NCBI GenBank assembly: GCA_049970495.1
Contig: JBMFMV010000053.1
Span: 1 to 13,892, forward strand
Length of the DNA: 13,892 nt
Origin: a bacterium
Lineage (GTDB): Bacteria; DUMJ01
Direction: 5' to 3'
The position numbers were made by a program, and so were the translations under genes. Below the pieces are notes generated by a model that searched no databases, was not told the DNA's origin, and saw only the letters and a list, made by a program, of their open reading frames with translations. Shown piece after piece: positions 7,899-13,892 of this stretch; positions within the stretch are counted from its first letter, which is position 1; each line of letters opens with the position of its first letter.

Positions 7899-9255
7899 TT
7901 TTCCCTCCTTCCTCCTTTATCTTTCTTTCTATAGGACGAGCAGGTACGCCTACTACTGTAGTTCCTGGTTCTACATCTTTTAATACTACCGAACCTGCTC
8001 CAGTGATAGCACCTCTGCCTATTTTGATAGGCGCTCTTAAACAAGTGTTAGACCCAATAAAAGCTTCATCTTCTATAATAGTCTTATGTTTGGTTTTACC
8101 ATCGTAGTTACAAGTTATAGTACCAGCTCCTATGTTTACTCTTTCCCCTATATCTGCATCCCCCAGATATGAAAGGTGAAGCGCCTTAGTATTGCTTCCT
8201 ATAACACTCTTTTTTACCTCTACAAAGTCTCCTATAACTGAGTGACTCTTTATATGTGCTTCATCTCTTATGTGGGCAAAAGGCCCAACTCTTACATTAG
8301 ATTCTATTTTGGAGTTTTTTATTACTGAGTAGAAAATTTCACATTCATTTCCTATCTCTGCGTTTAATAGATATGTAGACGGACCTATAGTACATTTTTC
8401 TCCTATTATAGTTTTTCCCTTTAAAACAGAGAAGGGCTCTATCACTGTATCTTGTCCTACTCTTACCTCTGGTTCTATATAAGTATTTTCTGGAGAGACA
8501 ATTGTAATTCCTTTATCCATAAGTTCTTCTATCTTTTGTTCTAAGAGCCTTTTTGTTGCTAATGCTAAATCTAATCTAGAATTTATTCCAAGTGCAAGAG
8601 AACCTAGGTCGGTTTGGTAGGCTATGATCCTTTTCCCCATACTATTTAATATTTCAATTAGCTGTGTTATATAGTATTCTCCTTGTGCATTATTGTTATC
8701 TAATCTTTCTATTGCCACTCTGAGTTCTTCTGTTGAAAAACAGTATGCTCCACTATTTACCTCTTTTATCGCCTTTTCTTCTGAACTTGCATCTTTAGCC
8801 TCTACTATCTTAACAATGTTTCCATCTTTATCCTTTACTACTCTTCCGTAGTGTATCGGATCATCTAAAATTGTAGTAAGTACAACTGCAGATATCTCAT
8901 CCTTATGAGCTTCTAGAAGCCCTTCCAAGATATCACTTGTGATTAAAGGAGCATCTCCATTTACTACCAGTACCTTGTCTATACTTTCTAACTCTGGCAT
9001 AGCTACTCTTAAGGCGTCTCCTGTGCCAAGAGGCTTCTCCTGTATCACATAGGTGACTTCTTTCCCACCTATCTCCTTGAACTTTTCCTCTAGACTTGGG
9101 GGAATTACAAGGATAATCTTGGCTAAGTTAAGCTTCGAAAGATTATCCAATACATAACTTATAATAGGTTTTCCCAATAAATTATGAAAGAGTTTAGGAA
9201 GAGAAGATTTCATCCTTACCCCAATACCACCAGCAAGGACTACCCCGGCAATCAC
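7891..9255 (-). CDS. glmU: Bifunctional UDP-N-acetylglucosamine pyrophosphorylase / glucosamine-1-phosphate N-acetyltransferase
   Basis: [47 protein letters not shown], hexapeptide repeats, HLSYLGDA and [11 protein letters not shown]. Start corrected to GTG at 9255 (AAGGAGGT at 9261-9268); the ORF-track start at 9357 reads through the tRNA. Confidence 0.96.
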   Translation of the reverse strand: MIAGVVLAGGIGVRMKSSLPKLFHNLLGKPIISYVLDNLSKLNLAKIILVIPPSLEEKFKEIGGKEVTYVIQEKPLGTGDALRVAMPELESIDKVLVVNGDAPLITSDILEGLLEAHKDEISAVVLTTILDDPIHYGRVVKDKDGNIVKIVEAKDASSEEKAIKEVNSGAYCFSTEELRVAIERLDNNNAQGEYYITQLIEILNSMGKRIIAYQTDLGSLALGINSRLDLALATKRLLEQKIEELMDKGITIVSPENTYIEPEVRVGQDTVIEPFSVLKGKTIIGEKCTIGPSTYLLNAEIGNECEIFYSVIKNSKIESNVRVGPFAHIRDEAHIKSHSVIGDFVEVKKSVIGSNTKALHLSYLGDADIGERVNIGAGTITCNYDGKTKHKTIIEDEAFIGSNTCLRAPIKIGRGAITGAGSVVLKDVEPGTTVVGVPARPIERKIKEEGGKSE

Positions 9256-9281
9256 GTTAAACCTCCTTATAAAAAATAATA

Positions 9282-9356
9282 TGGCTGGGGCGGTAGGATT
9301 CGAACCTACGAATCTGGGATCCAAAGTCCCATGCCTTACCGCTTGGCCACGCCCCA
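9282..9356 (-). tRNA. tRNA-Gln (anticodon UUG), CCA end encoded
   Basis: Minus strand TGGGGCGTGGCCAAGCGGTAAGGCATGGGACTTTGGATCCCAGATTCGTAGGTTCGAATCCTACCGCCCCAGCCA (75 nt). Acceptor stem TGGGGCG/CGCCCCA, anticodon arm TGGGA-CTTTGGA-TCCCA, T arm GTAGG-TTCGAAT-CCTAC. The U1-A72 pair is typical of bacterial tRNA-Gln. Confidence 0.98.
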
Positions 9357-9364
9357 ATTATTTT

Positions 9365-9622
9365 CTATTGAGCCTTATTGAACGCTTCTAGGACAGCATT
9401 CTGGATACTTTCTCTCATCTGATTATTAATCGGATGAGCTACGTCTTTAAACTCTCCATTACCCACATCCCTTCTTGGCATAGCAACGAAGTATCCATTC
9501 TTCCCATCTATAACCTTTAGCCCATGAACTACAAAAGCATTATCAAAAGTTATAGAGGCAAACGCTTTTACCTTCCCATCTTGGGAGGCTACCTTTCTAA
9601 TCCTTACGTCTGTAATCTTCAT
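9365..9622 (-). CDS. spoVG: SpoVG family nucleic-acid-binding regulator
   Basis: MKITDVRIR...KAFASITFDNAFVVHGLKVIDGKNGYFVAMP...GEFKDVAHPIN. RBS GAGGTG at 9631-9636. Upstream of glmU-prs, as in Firmicutes. Confidence 0.96.
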   Translation of the reverse strand: MKITDVRIRKVASQDGKVKAFASITFDNAFVVHGLKVIDGKNGYFVAMPRRDVGNGEFKDVAHPINNQMRESIQNAVLEAFNKAQ

Positions 9623-9655
9623 TACTCTACCACCTCTTTATCAGATCTAGCACAT

Positions 9656-9684
9656 ATTATAACAAAAAATCTTTACCGTGTAAA
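9656..9684 (-). promoter_or_regulatory. Sigma70/SigA-type promoter for the spoVG-tRNA-glmU-prs-rplY operon
   Basis: Minus strand TTTACA (9684-9679), a 17-bp spacer ending in TGT, then TATAAT (9661-9656). This is a 5/6 -35 match, a perfect -10 and an extended -10 TGn. Confidence 0.85.
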
Positions 9685-9690
9685 TTGGGA

Positions 9691-10563
9691 TCATAGGTGC
9701 TGAAGATCTTTTAGTTTTTCAATGTCCTCGTCTGAAAGTTTTTTAGTCTGAACTCTACATATGGGTTTGAACGGGATTCCCATTATAGAGAGGAAAATCT
9801 TTCCGGTAAGTGGCCAGCTTTTGGCTAAAATATCCCACCCTCTTATTATTTTCCACTGAATTTTTCTTGCAGAGGCTATATCTCCATTTTCATAGTTTCT
9901 TAAAAGGTCATCGAATAACCATGGATATATATTACATCCGCCACCTATAACACTTATGATACCTAGGGGTAGAGATACCAAATATAAGACTTCGTTCCCC
10001 TGAATCACTTCAAGATTAGTCCCCTCTGTCTCCATAACCATCCTAGTTATCTTACTCATATTACTAGATGAGTCTTTAATCCCTACTATATGTCTTAATC
10101 CTGAGAGTCTTTTGAAAAGACCAGGTGTTATTGAGTATGGCTCATAACCTCCTGGTTCATATAGATAGACTGGGATATCTATATTTTCGTCTATTTCTTT
10201 ATAGTAATCGAATATTGCATCTTCCGTTGGTTCTACATCCCTTGGTATTACTACCACCACTGCATCTGCTCCGAGGCTCTCTGCATATTGAGATAGTTCT
10301 ATCGTCTCCTTAATATTATTTCCTCCAGTTCCAGGCCATACAGGAACTCTTTTTTTAGCTCGCTCTATAACTATTTGCATTATTAATTTTTTCTCTTCCT
10401 TAGTTAATGCCACCCTTTCACCGCTTCCTCCTATAGGAAATAGGGCAGATACACCATGTTCAATAAGCCAATCAGTAAAATTTTCCAGTGTTTCTCTATC
10501 AATGCAGCCATTTTCACTAAAAGGAGTAAGCATAGGGACTATAGGACCTTTAACTCTATTCAT
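9691..10563 (-). CDS. DapA/NanA-family class I aldolase-like protein (probably not a true dihydrodipicolinate synthase)
   Basis: PMLTPF, GGSGE (GxxGE), GTG, AESLGAD, LY and the Schiff-base Lys in GIKDSS. RBS GGAGG at 10571-10575. Several DHDPS-specific residues are absent (see findings). Confidence 0.88.
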   Translation of the reverse strand: MNRVKGPIVPMLTPFSENGCIDRETLENFTDWLIEHGVSALFPIGGSGERVALTKEEKKLIMQIVIERAKKRVPVWPGTGGNNIKETIELSQYAESLGADAVVVVIPRDVEPTEDAIFDYYKEIDENIDIPVYLYEPGGYEPYSITPGLFKRLSGLRHIVGIKDSSSNMSKITRMVMETEGTNLEVIQGNEVLYLVSLPLGIISVIGGGCNIYPWLFDDLLRNYENGDIASARKIQWKIIRGWDILAKSWPLTGKIFLSIMGIPFKPICRVQTKKLSDEDIEKLKDLQHL

Positions 10564-10585
10564 ACCTTTGCCTCCATAATTTCGT

Positions 10586-10610
10586 TAGAGGACGGCCTAA
10601 CCGTCCCCTA
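10586..10610 (-). other. Intergenic stem-loop without U-tract between the E2 gene and the DapA-family gene
   Basis: Minus strand UAGGGGACGG-UUAGG-CCGUCCUCUA forms a 10-bp stem with one G-U pair, followed by ACGAAAUU. Confidence 0.6.
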
Positions 10611-10617
10611 TTATCCT

Positions 10618-11793
10618 TTAGAAGATATATAAGACTGGATCTTTTAAGGCTTCACCTAAGTCTCTTAGGAACATTGCAGCTGGTGCACCGTCTACTACGC
10701 GGTGGTCTACAGATAGGCTTAATGTAACCTCGTTTACTACTATGTTGCCAGGTTTGATCGCTTCTCTAATCCTTCCAATTCCAAGTATAGCCACCTGTGG
10801 AGGATTTATTATCGGGGTAAAGAAGTCTATCCCAAACATACCAAGGTTTGTAATGGTAAAGGTCCCTCCAGACAATTCGTCAGGTAGAACTTTCCCATCT
10901 CTTGTCCTACTTATTAGATCACTTGTTATCTTGGCTATCTCAAAGATGTCTTTTTCCTCTGCTTCTCTAATAACAGGAACAAGAAGTCCTTCTTTCACAG
11001 CTACCGCTACTCCCATATTTACCGTATTAAATACTGTAAGCTTTTCTCCATCAAAATAGGCATTCAAATTTGGATAATCTTTTAGAACAAGTGATACAAG
11101 CCTTATAAAGATGTCGTTGAATGTTGGAACTGGTAGATTTTTAGCAGAAGCTTTCTCTTTAAGTTTTTCTCTAATCTCGACCACACTTGTTACGTCTGCA
11201 TTAAATTCTAAGGTGATATGGACGGCTTCTCTATAACTCTTAAAGAGTCTACTTGCGATTTCTCTTCTTATAGAAGATATAGGTTCCTCTTTATATGTTG
11301 GCTGAGCAACTTGTACGGTTGGCTCTGGAGTAACTGTAGGTACTACTTCTAATTTCTTATGTGTCTCTATATATGACAGTACGTCCTTTTCTACAATCCT
11401 ACCATCTGGTCCAGTCCCCTTAATAAGGGATAAATCTACACCTGCCTCTTTAGCTAGTCTCTTTGCTGCGGGAGATGCTTTAATAAAAGCTTCCTCAACC
11501 TTAGGTTCCTCTCTTTTTTCTTTCGCCCTAGGTTCTTCGATTTTTAACTCTTCCCCCTCTTCTCCTATAATAGCTATGGGCTGCAGAATTGGGACAACGT
11601 CTCCCTCTTTGGCTACTATCTTCAAAAGGATTCCATCATAAGGGGACTCTACTTCCATATTGACTTTATCTGTCATTACTTCAACGATGGGTTCCCCCTT
11701 TTCTACTTTATCCCCTTCTTTCTTTAACCACTTGGTTATAGTCCCCTCTTCCATAGTCATTCCAAGTTTAGGCATAACAAATTCTTTACTCAT
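10618..11793 (-). CDS. Dihydrolipoamide acyltransferase E2 component (AcoC/PdhC-like), single lipoyl domain
   Basis: MPKLGMTMEEG...EVMTDKVNMEV (lipoyl-Lys), peripheral subunit-binding domain ASPAAKRLAKEAGVDLSLIKGTGPDGRI, GGTFTITNLG, PIINPPQVAILG and catalytic DHRVVDGA. RBS GGAGGT. Confidence 0.95.
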   Translation of the reverse strand: MSKEFVMPKLGMTMEEGTITKWLKKEGDKVEKGEPIVEVMTDKVNMEVESPYDGILLKIVAKEGDVVPILQPIAIIGEEGEELKIEEPRAKEKREEPKVEEAFIKASPAAKRLAKEAGVDLSLIKGTGPDGRIVEKDVLSYIETHKKLEVVPTVTPEPTVQVAQPTYKEEPISSIRREIASRLFKSYREAVHITLEFNADVTSVVEIREKLKEKASAKNLPVPTFNDIFIRLVSLVLKDYPNLNAYFDGEKLTVFNTVNMGVAVAVKEGLLVPVIREAEEKDIFEIAKITSDLISRTRDGKVLPDELSGGTFTITNLGMFGIDFFTPIINPPQVAILGIGRIREAIKPGNIVVNEVTLSLSVDHRVVDGAPAAMFLRDLGEALKDPVLYIF

Positions 11794-11802
11794 AAAGACC
11801 TC

Positions 11803-12774
11803 CTAGAGTATCTCTTTTATGGCAGAGATAATTTCCTTCTCCTGAGGAATGAATTCATCCTCAAGTGGTCTAGAGTATGGAACAGGTGTATCTGGTGCTG
11901 TAACTCTAAGGATAGGTGCATCTAAATAGTCAAATGCATTTTCTACCAATACTGCTACTATCTCTGCACCAAAACCGTTTGTCTTTACCGCCTCATGCAC
12001 TACTATTACGTGCTTTGTCTTTTTTACTGACTTTACTAGTGTATCAACATCCAAAGGTTTTAGTGTTCTAGGGTCAACAACCTCTACGCTTATCCCCTCT
12101 TTCTCTAATTCTTTTGCTGCATTTAGTGCTTTATGGACCATCATAGCTGTTGCTATTACTGTTACATCCTTTCCTTCTCTCTTTATGTCTGCAACACCCA
12201 AAGGTATAGTATATTCCTCTTCAGGGACGGGTCCTTTAAAGTTATAGAGCATCTTATGTTCTAAAAATACAACTGGATTATCGTCTCTTATACTCGACTT
12301 TAATAAACCCTTTGCGTCATATGGGGTTGAAGGCATTACAACCTTTAATCCAGGTACATGAACGAAGAATGCCTCTAAACACTGACTATGCTGGGCAGCG
12401 TTTCCTCTTCCTGCTCCACAAGGGGCTCTTAAGACCATGGGGACTTTTGCCTTCCCTCCAAACATATATCTGATCTTTGCTGCCTGATTTACAAGTTGGT
12501 CCATCCCAATTGTTGCAAAATCCACATACATGAGTTCTGCTATTGGCCTCATTCCCGTAATAGCAGCTCCAGTCGCTGCACCTACTATGGCAACCTCTGA
12601 GATTGGAGTGTCCTTTACCCTCTCTGGTCCAAACTCAGCAAGCATCCCTCTTGTTACACCAAATGCGCCACCGTATATCCCTATATCTTCACCCATAATA
12701 AATACAGTTGGGTCTTTCCTCATCTCTTCGCTCATGGCTTCTCTTATTGCTTCTGCAAATGTAATTTCTCTCAT
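11803..12774 (-). CDS. TPP-dependent dehydrogenase E1 beta subunit (AcoB/PdhB-like)
   Basis: [57 protein letters not shown] and AFDYLDAP. Start corrected to ATG at 12774, because the ORF-track GTG at 12783 is part of the GAGGTG RBS. Confidence 0.95.
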   Translation of the reverse strand: MREITFAEAIREAMSEEMRKDPTVFIMGEDIGIYGGAFGVTRGMLAEFGPERVKDTPISEVAIVGAATGAAITGMRPIAELMYVDFATIGMDQLVNQAAKIRYMFGGKAKVPMVLRAPCGAGRGNAAQHSQCLEAFFVHVPGLKVVMPSTPYDAKGLLKSSIRDDNPVVFLEHKMLYNFKGPVPEEEYTIPLGVADIKREGKDVTVIATAMMVHKALNAAKELEKEGISVEVVDPRTLKPLDVDTLVKSVKKTKHVIVVHEAVKTNGFGAEIVAVLVENAFDYLDAPILRVTAPDTPVPYSRPLEDEFIPQEKEIISAIKEIL

Positions 12775-12788
12775 CTTTATCACCTCTT

Positions 12789-13760
12789 TTATGCGTAAAC
12801 ATCACTAAGTAAGTCTTCTGGATCTGGGAAGGGGCTTGCTTTGGCAAACTCTACTGCATTATTAAGATCATCATCGACCTTTTTCTGCAACTCTTTAAAT
12901 CCTTCCTCGGTGAGTAGACCTTCAGCTATAAGTCTCTCTTTAAATCTCTTTATTGGACATTTTTCTCTCCACTCAGCCTCTTCCTCTCTTGTCCTATAAG
13001 CCCTAGCATCACTACGAGAATGTCCTCTCCATCTGTAAGTAAGAGACTCTATAAGAATTGGACCTTCACCAGTCCTTGCTTTCTCTACCGCTTCACTTAC
13101 AGTATCGTAGACGGCTATTACATCATTTCCATCCATAACTATTCCTGGAATACCATAGGCCTTTGCTCTATCTGCAAGCCTCTCTATCTTTACCGCCTTA
13201 TTTACCGCCATAGACATTCCATACAGATTATTCTCTATTATATAGATCACTGGTAGGTTCCATATAGAGGCTAAGTTAAGAGATTCATGGAATGAACCCT
13301 GATTAACCGCTCCATCCCCGAAGAAGCATATCACTACCTGTTTTGTTCCTCTCATCTTTATTGAGAGTCCTGCCCCTGTGGCTATTGGAATTCCTCCACC
13401 TACTACACCATTTGCTCCTAAGATACCAATGTTCATATCTGCTATATGCATGGAACCTCCCTTACCTTTACAATAGCCAGTCTTTCTACCGAGTAGCTCT
13501 GCCATCATATATTTTACGTCTCCGCCTTTGGCTATACAGTGTCCATGTCCACGATGTGTACTTGTTATGTAATCATCTTTGTTTATGGCTTTGCAGGCCC
13601 CTACAGCGGTAGCCTCTTGTCCTATGTATAGATGTGTACTCCCATGTATAAGATTTAGAGAAAACAGTTCCTCGACCTTTTCTTCAAACCCCCTTATAAG
13701 CATCATCTTATAGAGCATTTCAAGTTTATCCTCTTTTGTTAATCTGTCAGAATATTTCAT
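12789..13760 (-). CDS. TPP-dependent dehydrogenase E1 alpha subunit (AcoA/PdhA-like)
   Basis: [26 protein letters not shown] motif GDGA...ENN and [11 protein letters not shown]. Start corrected to ATG at 13760 (GGAGGT at 13766-13771). Confidence 0.95.
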   Translation of the reverse strand: MKYSDRLTKEDKLEMLYKMMLIRGFEEKVEELFSLNLIHGSTHLYIGQEATAVGACKAINKDDYITSTHRGHGHCIAKGGDVKYMMAELLGRKTGYCKGKGGSMHIADMNIGILGANGVVGGGIPIATGAGLSIKMRGTKQVVICFFGDGAVNQGSFHESLNLASIWNLPVIYIIENNLYGMSMAVNKAVKIERLADRAKAYGIPGIVMDGNDVIAVYDTVSEAVEKARTGEGPILIESLTYRWRGHSRSDARAYRTREEEAEWREKCPIKRFKERLIAEGLLTEEGFKELQKKVDDDLNNAVEFAKASPFPDPEDLLSDVYA

Positions 13761-13762
13761 TA

Positions 13763-13892
13763 TCAACCTCCTAAATTCAATAACTCTCTTGCCGTTTGTT
13801 CGTCTGTAACTAAACCATTTAATACTCCCATCCTAAGGGCACCTAATATAGCCCTTATCTTATTTTTCCCTCCTGCAACACCTATTACGTAT
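13763..13892 (-). CDS. SorC/CggR/DeoR(Bacillus)-family sugar-phosphate-binding transcriptional regulator, C-terminal end only
   Basis: Not in the ORF track. Manual translation: ...[42 protein letters not shown] (TGA at 13763-13765). This matches the family's C-terminal pattern IxVAGGxxKxxAIxxALxxGxxxxLVTDExTAxxLL. Confidence 0.85.
   Translation of the reverse strand, partial: YVIGVAGGKNKIRAILGALRMGVLNGLVTDEQTARELLNLGG

Noticed and set aside
9282..9356. tRNA-Gln as an integration site for a mobile element
   Set aside because: No integrase, no duplicated tRNA 3' end noticed in the window, and both flanks are housekeeping genes.
9256..9357. 34-aa N-terminal extension of GlmU suggested by the ORF track
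   Set aside because: It is a chance translation of the tRNA-Gln gene. A strong RBS and GTG at 9255 match the usual GlmU N-terminus.
9691..10563. Calling the gene dapA (lysine biosynthesis)
   Set aside because: DHDPS-specific residues are missing and no dap/lys/asd genes are adjacent.
1756..13612. All plus-strand ORFs in the track (1756-2016, 2752-3027, 3721-4089, 4333-4641, 5470-5766, 5763-6068, 6985-7494, 10125-10313, 10742-11059, 12530-12808, 13020-13256, 13343-13612)
   Set aside because: They lie antisense to well-supported minus-strand genes, have the S/I/L/F/P-rich composition typical of shadow frames, and show no recognisable motifs.
10618..13760. Assigning definite symbols pdhABC or acoABC
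   Set aside because: The family is clear, but substrate specificity cannot be determined from the sequence by eye.
13834..13857. Short inverted repeat taagggc-N10-gccctta near the E1-alpha start
   Set aside because: Only 7-bp arms inside the regulator coding sequence; compatible with chance and unsupported as an operator.

Overview
Bacterial chromosomal segment, AT-rich, with every supported gene on the minus strand. Read in the direction of transcription (right to left) it has three parts. (1) A catabolic cluster: the 3' end of a SorC/CggR-family sugar-phosphate-binding regulator, then E1-alpha, E1-beta and E2 of an acetoin/pyruvate-dehydrogenase-like complex, then a strongly divergent DapA-family aldolase. 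No E3 gene is present in the window. (2) A housekeeping string starting at a near-consensus sigma70 promoter: spoVG, tRNA-Gln(UUG), glmU, prs, rplY, a terminator-like hairpin, pth, mfd, mazG and an N-acyl-D-amino-acid deacylase. (3) The 5' part of a ParB/Srx-domain gene that the ORF track missed. The most unusual signals are at the left end. A 20-bp inverted repeat pairs that gene's upstream region with its own codons 8-14 and encloses the RBS and ATG, and it abuts six TTAA motifs phased at about 11 bp (Pho-box/OmpR-like). The deacylase has no canonical in-frame start upstream of its metal-binding motif and appears to start at ATT. Several ORF-track starts are corrected (deacylase, glmU, E1-alpha, E1-beta). 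No mobile element or CRISPR array was seen. All protein assignments come from motif recognition by eye; no database search was run.
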